Assembly: GCA_022640915.1 (NCBI GenBank)
Contig: JALCCT010000007.1
Coordinates: 23,482-87,481, forward strand
Direction: 5' to 3'
DNA length: 64,000 bases
Source: Bifidobacterium sp.
GTDB taxonomy: Bacteria; Actinomycetota; Actinomycetes; Actinomycetales; Bifidobacteriaceae
Both the position numbers and the translations under genes were made by a program. The stretch's first letter is position 1. Each line of letters opens with the position of its first letter. Positions 18,207 through 26,700 of the stretch are shown here, piece by piece. Below the pieces are notes generated by a model that made no database searches, was not told where the DNA came from, and saw only the letters and a list, made by a program, of their open reading frames with translations.

Positions 18207-18947
18207 ATGAAGGAGTCGGTTGTGCGCCGTTTTGCTGTTGGTTACGAGTATCTGTGCCGTATCGTGTTGATGTTAATGGTGGGCCAGATCGCGTTCCTTG
18301 TCCATACGGTCATGGGCTTGGTACTCGGCGGGTTCTTCCCTTCCGTGGCCGCGCTGTATGCAACATTTCGCACTTGGTTGCTGGATGTGGAGGATCGTTC
18401 TTGGTCGATCCGCCGCACTTGGTCGACGTTCCACCATGCCTGGCGTGAAGAGATCGCTTCGGCGAACCTCTTCGGCTGGCCGCAGCTGGCCGTATGGGCC
18501 TTGCTGGCGTGGGACTATTATCTAGCCAATTGGAATGATATGGGCACGATCGGCACTGCGATTTCAGGCGTGCTGCTGGTGCTTAACGTGGTATATGGCC
18601 TATTTGTGCTGATCTCATGGGCGGTGCGCGCGAACTTCGACGAGAAGCCGACGTGGGTTGTGCGCACGTCGCTGCAGATGGTGATCGCTCGCCCGTTGTG
18701 CTCCTTCATGATTGCGGCGCTGCTCCTTGTGACGTCATGGGCCTATTACACATGGCCTGGCCTTGCCGCGGCGCTCGGCCTAACTGTGCCTGTCTATGCC
18801 GTGATGATGGCGATCTATTCCTTCGGCCGGCTGCCCGGCATGGATGTGCATGTGCTCGAGCCGCTTGAAGAACGTAAGGAAAACAGGGAGCGCAGATTTG
18901 GCAAGCTGCGCGGCGGGAAATCCGACGATCGCGCGAATCGCCAATAG
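18207..18947 (+). CDS. DUF624/YesL-family membrane protein
   Basis: GLVLGGFFPSVAAL...TF...WR.E...AN pattern; multiple TM helices; typical of sugar loci. Confidence 0.8.
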   Translation: MKESVVRRFAVGYEYLCRIVLMLMVGQIAFLVHTVMGLVLGGFFPSVAALYATFRTWLLDVEDRSWSIRRTWSTFHHAWREEIASANLFGWPQLAVWALLAWDYYLANWNDMGTIGTAISGVLLVLNVVYGLFVLISWAVRANFDEKPTWVVRTSLQMVIARPLCSFMIAALLLVTSWAYYTWPGLAAALGLTVPVYAVMMAIYSFGRLPGMDVHVLEPLEERKENRERRFGKLRGGKSDDRANRQ

Positions 18948-19056
18948 CGCTGACGGGTTTGGCGTACGCCGATAATGCAATAGTGAGTGCCAAGTCAGGC
19001 GCTGTGCCATTGCGATCGTTGCGAAGCCATCGGGGAAGGCCTTCTTGCCTTGGATA

Positions 19057-20097
19057 TCACAACGCGAAGGCGGCTTCGATTGCGTCGTATTCTGCCGCAG
19101 TGATCGGCAGGATTGCACCATGACGCTTTTTGAGTGTGCCGAAGTCGATGTCATCGGCCTGGGCCCAGTCTTCGGGGTCATTGCTTGAAAGGTCCGCACA
19201 GTGGAACGGCAGATAGCCCTTTGCCTCGCCATGCTGGTCGCACATGAGCCCAAAGCACATTGCGCGCCCGTTGACGATGTCGACGTCGGCAGCGTTGTAT
19301 CTGAAAAGTTCGGGGCCTTCTAAATAAGCAGATGAATAGCGTCCGTTGCCAAGAATGCTCGTCAGCGATCCCACATACGACCATTGCTGCGGATCGTCGG
19401 TGCGCACCGTTTCGTATGTGCTTGCATAGGGATTGCGCGTACGTTCGATGGTGATCTCGCAATCTTTGGACGCTCGATACCACCAGCCGTCATCGTCGCG
19501 CAGCATGGTCGAATCAATCACGCTGTTTCTGCGATCAATCCACTTGATGGGGTCGGTGAACGTGTGGAAGTCCGTGGTGGTTGCGTAATACATATTCGTC
19601 CGGTCTCCCAGTTCATTGCATAATGGGTTCCCTTTCTCGTCCCTGTTGGTGCTCGTTGCCCAGAACACGATCCACTGCTGCTTGTCTGGATCCCAGTTGG
19701 CCTCTGGCGCCCAAGCCATGCCGGCGCCGGGAATGGCCGATGCTACATTCACAAGGCGCGGTTCTCCCCAGTGCGTCAGATCGGGCGAATCCCAGATCAC
19801 CAGCCCTGTGGACCCTTGGGTGGTGGCACCATTGTGCTGGCTCCAGCCACCGCGGTAATAAATGCTCAGATCTGTGGCTACGATATGGAAGCCGCCTTTG
19901 GGATCACGCACAATATGTGGGTCACGCGTGCCTTGTTCCCCGCCCATCCATAGCAGCGCTGGCTTCCCGGCTGGACGCAAATCGTGCCAATGGGCGCCGT
20001 CACGGCTCAGAGCGAAGTACAGCTGCTCGTCCATAGGCGTCTGCTCATCGCCAATGAAGTGGACGAAGAGATAGGCTTCGGTGTTCGGTGTGGTCAT
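19057..20097 (-). CDS. Glycoside hydrolase family 43 (arabinofuranosidase/arabinosidase-like)
   Basis: YLFVHF, RDPHI (base), WAPEA, VIDST (pKa modulator), LEGPE (acid), RHG; AGGAG RBS. Confidence 0.88.
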   Translation of the reverse strand: MTTPNTEAYLFVHFIGDEQTPMDEQLYFALSRDGAHWHDLRPAGKPALLWMGGEQGTRDPHIVRDPKGGFHIVATDLSIYYRGGWSQHNGATTQGSTGLVIWDSPDLTHWGEPRLVNVASAIPGAGMAWAPEANWDPDKQQWIVFWATSTNRDEKGNPLCNELGDRTNMYYATTTDFHTFTDPIKWIDRRNSVIDSTMLRDDDGWWYRASKDCEITIERTRNPYASTYETVRTDDPQQWSYVGSLTSILGNGRYSSAYLEGPELFRYNAADVDIVNGRAMCFGLMCDQHGEAKGYLPFHCADLSSNDPEDWAQADDIDFGTLKKRHGAILPITAAEYDAIEAAFAL

Positions 20098-20161
20098 GTG
20101 TGCACTCCTATGTGATGGTATGGATATCGATAGAGCATTGGCGGGAAACGTTGCGGTGCGG

Positions 20162-21220
20162 CTATGGCCTCGTGGATTCGCGTTCCGTGAGTCGATAACC
20201 GATTGTTGCGCAGGCGGGGGCTTGTTGCTCTGTTCCGCGGTCGCGCTCATCGATGCGCCGTGCGATCATGTCAAGCGAGAACTGCGCGAGCTGATTGAGA
20301 TCGACCTGAATCGTACTCAATGTAGGTGTGGCGTATGAGCCGAAACTGGTGCCATCGATGCCGATCACCTTCATATCGTCCGGCACGCGCAGCCCACAAT
20401 CGGCAAGTCCGCGTATCACGCCGAATGCGCTGTAGTCGTTTGCGCAGAACACGCCGTCGAATGGTATGCCTCCCTGCGTTTTCTCGGCCAATTCGCGCCC
20501 GCAGACAATGCCGTTTTCGCTGTCGAATGCACGCAACACCACTGATTCATCGTATGCGAGTCCTGCGTCGATCAGCGCGCTGCTCGCTCCGCGCAGCCGA
20601 AGTCCATATGCGGTCTCGGTGCGGGCGAGTTCCGAGCGCGGGGCGTAGCCGCCTGCCACGATTGCGATGTGTTTGCAGCCGCGTTCGATGAGATGCTGGA
20701 CCGCTGCCCGTGCGCCTTCCTCGTTGGGGAAGTTTACAGTGTCGACGCTGGGGGTCTCCTCGCAACCATCAATAAGCACCAAAGGCCGCCCTGCGTTCAG
20801 CTTCGCCAGCGGAAGATTGGTGCCGAGGCCGGATGCGTGAATGATTTCCCCGTCAAAAAGCTGCCCTGAAAATGGACTGGACGCAAGAGCTTGCTTACCG
20901 GCATCAGGCGAGTACCTGGTTTGTTCGACAAACGGTGTAAATCCACGTTTCGTGGTTTCGTCAGCCAGCGCCTGTACGAGCTTCGAATAAAAAGGGGAGT
21001 CAAATTCATTGACAATAATATGAATGATGTTGCTGCGCCCTGATTTGAGCATGCTCGCCGTCAGGTTGATGCGGTAGTTGAGTCGTTCAGCGGTCTCCAA
21101 GACCTTTTGACGAGTAGATCGCCTGACTCCGGGCTTGCCGCGCAATGCATTCGACGCGGTCATGGGGGAGACTCCTGCCTCGGCCGCTACGTCGCGTAGC
21201 GACGTCCTGACATTGCCCAT
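20162..21220 (-). CDS. LacI-family transcriptional regulator of the arabinoside locus
   Basis: SLRDVAAEAGVSPMTASNAL; VPDDMKVIGIDG, PTLSTI. Confidence 0.92.
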   Translation of the reverse strand: MGNVRTSLRDVAAEAGVSPMTASNALRGKPGVRRSTRQKVLETAERLNYRINLTASMLKSGRSNIIHIIVNEFDSPFYSKLVQALADETTKRGFTPFVEQTRYSPDAGKQALASSPFSGQLFDGEIIHASGLGTNLPLAKLNAGRPLVLIDGCEETPSVDTVNFPNEEGARAAVQHLIERGCKHIAIVAGGYAPRSELARTETAYGLRLRGASSALIDAGLAYDESVVLRAFDSENGIVCGRELAEKTQGGIPFDGVFCANDYSAFGVIRGLADCGLRVPDDMKVIGIDGTSFGSYATPTLSTIQVDLNQLAQFSLDMIARRIDERDRGTEQQAPACATIGYRLTERESTRP

Positions 21221-21320
21221 GATCTTCCTTAGCTTATGTATGCCGGCCATCCTCGTAGCTGATACCTGGCGCTATGCAGCCCGGCAGCCGATATATGCGT
21301 AACGCGTTTTACCATCAAGT

Positions 21321-21458
21321 ATATGTAACGATATTCAAAAAAATGTGGTTTGTAAAATCGGTGTTTTGACTAGTATTGTTGCGATGACAGGCGAATTGAC
21401 ATATGGTTCTTATCTTGTTGTATGCTAGCAACATCATATAATATGTAACGGTATATAT
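21321..21458. promoter_or_regulatory. Two LacI-type operator candidates ATATGTAACG(A/G)TAT in an AT-rich divergent promoter region
   Basis: atatgtaacgatattc at 21321-21336 and atatgtaacggtatatat at 21441-21458. Confidence 0.55.
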
Positions 21459-21537
21459 GGCGTCCTCGGTATGTCATGTCGAACAGCAGTCGCGGCGCTT
21501 CACAATACAATCGTTGCATTTTCGAAGGCAGGGCACA

Positions 21538-22935
21538 ATGGCGCAGCTTCCTCAGGCATGGCATCCACCGATGGGCTGGAACAGCTGGGATTGCTATGGC
21601 ACCACAGTTACCGAGGGCGAATTGCTCAGCAACGCTGAATTCATGGCGCGCCATCTCAGATCTGCTGGTTGGGACACGATCGTCATCGATATCGATTGGC
21701 ATGACCCCACGGCGCGTGCGCACGGCTACAATGCCAAGGCGCCGCTCATCTTGGACGAATACGGCCGCCAGCTGCCCGATCCCGTCCGCTTTCCATCGGC
21801 AGCGGGAGGTCGAGGATTCGAACCTCTCTCCAGGCGGATTCACGAACTCGGCCTAAAACTTGGTGTGCACGTCATGCGAGGCATTCCCCGCATTGCCGTC
21901 GATCGCGATTTGCCGGTCAAAGGCACTGCATACTGCGCCAGCGATGTAGCTGACCTTGAGCATATCTGTGCATGGAATCCGGATAACTATGGGTTGGACC
22001 AGGCGCACCCGGGAGCACAGGCTTGGTACGACGCGCAGCTCGACCTGTTCGCCTCATGGGGCCTTGACTTTCTTAAAGTCGATGACATGCAAACGCCGTT
22101 CCACAGCGATGAGATCGCCGCTTATCACCGTGCGATCGCCAAGGCGCAGGCAACGTATGGTCGCTCGATCGACCTGTCATTGTCGCCTGGCGGCTGGGTA
22201 TCGACCAGCTATGTGGACTTCTTGCGCGAAAACGCACAAATGTGGCGTATCTGCGATGATCTGTGGGACCGCTGGGAAGATGTATACCAGCAATTCGCTC
22301 GACTCGCGCGTTGGGCACCGTATCAGCGGACCGGCCATTGGGCGGATGCCGATATGCTGCTGCTTGGCCATATCGGTCTGCGAGCCGAGCGCGCAGACGA
22401 CCGGCAATCTCGGCTGACGCTCAATGAGTGCAAGACTTTGCTTGCGCTGTGGTGCATGGGTCGTTCGCCACTTATGATCGGCGGCAACCTGCCGACCAGC
22501 GATCCTGACACGATCTTGCTGCTTGCCAGTCCTGTTCTGCGTGAAGTGCTTGCCGTATCAACCAATAACCGCGAAATCGTGCGCGAGCGCCAATTTGCTG
22601 GATGGCAGGAAGATAGCGAGTACCGTGGCGAATTCATTGTCTGGGTGGCTGACGCAGTTGATTGGGCGGATGGTACGAAGTCGGCGCATGAGGGCGGCCA
22701 TTATGCCGCGTTCTTCTGGACCGGCGACGACGAGTACGACATTTGCGGCAACATCCAGCTGCAGGCCATTGTGGGACTCGACTCCCGCAGCGACGGCTGG
22801 AAACTCAGTGATCTGTTCGCCGGCGCCCCTGGCGAGGCCTCTGATATGCGCATCGAAGGCGACGGCGGCGATCGCATCATTACCGGTGTCATCGCACCGC
22901 ACGGCGTGCTGTGGGTCGCTTTGGACCGGGCGTAA
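21538..22935 (+). CDS. GH27 glycosidase, probable beta-L-arabinopyranosidase (alpha-galactosidase family)
   Basis: PPMGWNSW, IDIDW, DFLKVDD, WRICDDLWD, DADML. Confidence 0.85.
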   Translation: MAQLPQAWHPPMGWNSWDCYGTTVTEGELLSNAEFMARHLRSAGWDTIVIDIDWHDPTARAHGYNAKAPLILDEYGRQLPDPVRFPSAAGGRGFEPLSRRIHELGLKLGVHVMRGIPRIAVDRDLPVKGTAYCASDVADLEHICAWNPDNYGLDQAHPGAQAWYDAQLDLFASWGLDFLKVDDMQTPFHSDEIAAYHRAIAKAQATYGRSIDLSLSPGGWVSTSYVDFLRENAQMWRICDDLWDRWEDVYQQFARLARWAPYQRTGHWADADMLLLGHIGLRAERADDRQSRLTLNECKTLLALWCMGRSPLMIGGNLPTSDPDTILLLASPVLREVLAVSTNNREIVRERQFAGWQEDSEYRGEFIVWVADAVDWADGTKSAHEGGHYAAFFWTGDDEYDICGNIQLQAIVGLDSRSDGWKLSDLFAGAPGEASDMRIEGDGGDRIITGVIAPHGVLWVALDRA

Positions 22936-22983
22936 CGGTGCCGCGATGCAAAAGAGCGCACAAGAATATCAAAGGAACATCAG

Positions 22984-25386
22984 ATGACCGACACACTTAT
23001 TGCCATGCTTGACAAGACCGATATGCGTAAGATCAGCACCGATCTGTGGGGTGTGTTCTTCGAAGACATCAGCTACTCGGGCGATGGAGGAATCAACAGC
23101 GAGCTTGTGCAAAACGGTGCATTCGAATACAACCGCACGGATCGCCCTGAATGGAGCAACTACACCGCATGGCGCAGGAATGTACCTGCGGGGTCATTTG
23201 CGGCGTTCTCGCTGGGCGATCGCAACCCGGTCGCCGTGCAGAACCCGCACTATGCAGTGGTCGAAGTCGACGTGGCGCCGGCGAGTCTAGAAAATCTCGG
23301 CTTTGATGGCATGGTGTTCCGCGCTGGTGAGACCTACCGCTTCTCTCTTTGGGCGCGCGCGCATGGCGAGGAGCTGCCGCTGAATGTCGCGTTGCTGGGA
23401 GATCAAGGCGAAGCGCTCGCCGAAATAGAGTTCACCGTGCCCCGATCCAGTGCGGATGGTGCCTGGTCGCAGTTGCACGGTGTCCTTACCATTGCCAGTG
23501 ACGTTTATGGCGAGCGAGGCGATGATGTTGGCCGTACTGTTGGCCCCATGCCGATCATCGCTCAACAGGGCGCACTGCGCATCACATTTGCTGCGTGCGG
23601 CACCATGGATCTTGACTTCGCCAGCCTTGAGCCGCAAACCACATATCGAGGCCTGGAACATTTCCGCCCTGACCTTGTGCAGACGCTCGCCGAGCTCCAT
23701 CCGCGCTTTATGCGCTTCCCCGGCGGCTGCATCACGCATGGCCTAGGCCTGGGCAATTTGTATCGCTGGGATCAGAGTATCGGCGATGTTGAGCGACGCC
23801 CGCACAATTTCAATGTGTGGGGGTACCACCAGTCGCTGCGCATAGGATTTTATGAATACTTCCGCCTATGCGAGACCATCGGCGCAAAACCGGTTCCCGT
23901 CTTGCCCGCCGCAGTGAGCTGCCAGAACACGAGCCAGGGCCCAGTGCCGATCGCGCAGGAAGATATGCCTGCATATATCGACGAGGTGCTTGGTCTCATC
24001 GATTTTTGCAATGCCGATCCTGCGCGCAGCCCGTGGGCTGTCAAACGCGCTGAAATGGGTCACCCTGACCCATTCGGCCTTGAGTATCTCGGCATTGGCA
24101 ACGAAGATCTCATCGACGACGTGTTCATGGATCGTTTTCAACAGATCGTTGACGCGGTCAAGAAGACGCATCCTGAAATCACAGTCATCGGTACCGTAGG
24201 TCCCTCTCCCAGTGGCGCCGATTATGATGCCGGCTGGGCGTATGCGCGTCAAGCCGGCTTACAGATTGTTGACGAGCACTCCTATCAGTCACCAAGCTGG
24301 TGGTTCCATAACCTCCATCACTACGATGGCGCTGACCGTCAGGGGCCGAAAGTATATCTCGGCGAATACGGATCATGGGGCACTGGCTTGATTAACGCCC
24401 TGTCGGAAGCCGCATTCATGGGTCGCATGGAACTCAACGGCGATGTTGTGCACATGGCCTCATACGCCCCACTCCTGTGCAAAAACGGCCATGAAAGCTG
24501 GAATCCCAACCTCATCTACTTTGACAATGAGCGCGTTTACCACCCCTACAGCTATTGGATCCAGCAGATGTATGCTACCACTGCCGCAGATACCGCTTGG
24601 CCGGTCACGCTCAGCGGTGCGACCACGTTGCGTCGCAGGTTGCCGAATACCGTCAGATTGCGCCTCGAGGGCGGTGCGCACGCAGATTTCACGGACGTTT
24701 CAATCGAAACCGAGGGCGGCGAGCGCCTCGACCTGCCGGATGTGAGTTATAGCGGCGCAAGGGTCGACCTGCCGGTTAGCTTGCATGCCGACTCGTATAC
24801 GATCCGCGCCACTGTGACATATCACGAAGGCATGTGGGGAGTGAATATCGTCAGCGGTGACATTGACGGCATCAATCATAATGAGACGTCGCTCGGCCGC
24901 GGCTTCGCGCTGCAGCTCATACGCGAGAAAAGCGGCTATCCAATAGCCAGCACGGAAACGGCGATGGATGCCGTGCGCCCCGGGACGGTGTGGCATGTGC
25001 GTATCGAGGTCAGGCGACGCGGAGAGTCAATGGCCCTATATATCGACGACCAATTAGTTCTCGACGGGCATGAGGATGTGGACGAGCAGCGTCGCACCGT
25101 GTCGGTGTCACGCGATTGCGCCGCCGGGACGAATTACATCCGTATCGTCAATGCGTTGCCCGACGAGGCACGATTCGACCTGGTGCAAATACTTGACGAA
25201 CTCAGCGTATCCGAGGACGCGAAAAAGACTGCCGTCGCCAATGTGCTCAGCGGACCGGATCCGTATGCCGGCACCCAAGGTGCCGAATCGCCGACGCATA
25301 TAGTGGCCCGCACCGTTGATCTTCGTAGTGGCGTTTACACCGCCCCAGCATGGTCATTTACTACGTTGGTGCTCGCGCGGCCATGA
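22984..25386 (+). CDS. GH51 alpha-L-arabinofuranosidase
   Basis: GVFFEDI, RFPGGC, IGNED (acid/base), YLGEY (nucleophile), MASYAPL. Confidence 0.9.
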   Translation: MTDTLIAMLDKTDMRKISTDLWGVFFEDISYSGDGGINSELVQNGAFEYNRTDRPEWSNYTAWRRNVPAGSFAAFSLGDRNPVAVQNPHYAVVEVDVAPASLENLGFDGMVFRAGETYRFSLWARAHGEELPLNVALLGDQGEALAEIEFTVPRSSADGAWSQLHGVLTIASDVYGERGDDVGRTVGPMPIIAQQGALRITFAACGTMDLDFASLEPQTTYRGLEHFRPDLVQTLAELHPRFMRFPGGCITHGLGLGNLYRWDQSIGDVERRPHNFNVWGYHQSLRIGFYEYFRLCETIGAKPVPVLPAAVSCQNTSQGPVPIAQEDMPAYIDEVLGLIDFCNADPARSPWAVKRAEMGHPDPFGLEYLGIGNEDLIDDVFMDRFQQIVDAVKKTHPEITVIGTVGPSPSGADYDAGWAYARQAGLQIVDEHSYQSPSWWFHNLHHYDGADRQGPKVYLGEYGSWGTGLINALSEAAFMGRMELNGDVVHMASYAPLLCKNGHESWNPNLIYFDNERVYHPYSYWIQQMYATTAADTAWPVTLSGATTLRRRLPNTVRLRLEGGAHADFTDVSIETEGGERLDLPDVSYSGARVDLPVSLHADSYTIRATVTYHEGMWGVNIVSGDIDGINHNETSLGRGFALQLIREKSGYPIASTETAMDAVRPGTVWHVRIEVRRRGESMALYIDDQLVLDGHEDVDEQRRTVSVSRDCAAGTNYIRIVNALPDEARFDLVQILDELSVSEDAKKTAVANVLSGPDPYAGTQGAESPTHIVARTVDLRSGVYTAPAWSFTTLVLARP

Positions 25387-25452
25387 GACCGAAGCTGGTT
25401 AATGCTACAGCGCGCCTCTGCATATATGCCCGGTGCGCATACACTGGGGCTT

Positions 25453-26409
25453 ATGAGCCACCATCATCGAAACCGTAGCTGGGCGCCGGCGCCTGAACCG
25501 CTTCCCGAAGGCGTGCGCGTTATCGACGATCACACGCATGTGGCCTCGGTCGTGCCATTCGCCCGCGAGATGCGGCGGCAGGCTGAGGAGCGGGATCAGC
25601 CAGAGGTGCCGGTATATGGCGTGGACGAGCTGCTGCGCCAAGCCGACGCGGTCGGAGTGGAAGGCATCATCGATGTCGGCTGCGAATTGCCGAATCTTAT
25701 GACCGCAGTGCAGATGGCGCTTGATCACTCAGGCGTGGTGCACGCTGCGCTCGCGATTCATCCGAATGAGGCGGTACTGCACGGCCACCGTGGCGCGCCT
25801 GGGCCGGATGGGCTGCCGATTGCGTATAAGCCGTATCATGATACGAGTTTCGAGGACGCGCTTGCCGAGGTCGCGCGCTTGGCCAAAACCTATTCAGACC
25901 AAGTCGTCGCGATCGGCGAGACCGGCATGGATCTGTTTCGTACGGGCGACGCAGCCAAAGGCGTTCAGCGCGAGGCGTTCCGTGCGCATATCGCATTGGC
26001 GAAAGAGCTGAATCTGCCCATGCAGATCCACGATCGAGACTCGCACAAGGACGTCATTGAAACGCTATTGGCCGACGGTAGCCCCGAGCGCACGGTGTTT
26101 CACAGCTATTCGGGGGACGCCGACATGGCACACATTGCCAAGGAGCACGGTTGGTATTTAAGCTTCTCTGGCACGGTCGGCTACAAGGGCAGCGACGGCA
26201 TCCGCGAGTCCGCCCGCATTGTTGGCCCGAAGCACATCATGGTCGAGACCGACGCGCCGTACCTGACGCCCGTGCCCTACCGCGGCCGTACCAATGCGCC
26301 CTATATGATCCCCTACACGCTCGCTGCGCTCGCCGAAGCCACGGGCATGACGCTCAGCGAAACAGCCCGGGCCACGCGGCGTACCGTCCGAGAGGTGTAT
26401 GGGTTCTGA
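25453..26409 (+). CDS. tatD: TatD-family metal-dependent DNase
   Basis: DDHTH, IHPN, IGETGMD, IHDRD, FHSY, VETDAPYLTP. Confidence 0.9.
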   Translation: MSHHHRNRSWAPAPEPLPEGVRVIDDHTHVASVVPFAREMRRQAEERDQPEVPVYGVDELLRQADAVGVEGIIDVGCELPNLMTAVQMALDHSGVVHAALAIHPNEAVLHGHRGAPGPDGLPIAYKPYHDTSFEDALAEVARLAKTYSDQVVAIGETGMDLFRTGDAAKGVQREAFRAHIALAKELNLPMQIHDRDSHKDVIETLLADGSPERTVFHSYSGDADMAHIAKEHGWYLSFSGTVGYKGSDGIRESARIVGPKHIMVETDAPYLTPVPYRGRTNAPYMIPYTLAALAEATGMTLSETARATRRTVREVYGF

Positions 26410-26700
26410 GGGGATATCGACTGATGCCAGTGTAGCCCGGCCAGTCCATGTATTATTAAACGTTTTATACCTCGCTTGTGAAGAGAAGTTGGCATCTGCA
26501 GACAGGGAGTATAGACTGGCCGCTTGGTTTAATAACTGTAACCGCCAGTTGATGAGCGATCCTTGCAATAAGGCGCCGCAGCCGGCAAACTGCCGGTGAG
26601 TGACTGGCAGGCAACCGGCAAAACCGGTCGGCGTCCGGCGACCAGTCGTCGGATATGCAGAAAGTCTGCGAAATATACTCTGTTCAATGGAGGATGCATC

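Noticed and set aside
26423-26470. Resemblance to the raiA RNA motif 5' part (GATGCCAGT..TCCATGTA)
   Set aside because: The downstream conserved segments I recall for raiA are absent; kept only as an unassigned structured region
26584-26630. GGCAAAC-stem-GCAAAACC resembling a c-di-GMP-I riboswitch
   Set aside because: No GNRA tetraloop/receptor and no convincing P1 or P3
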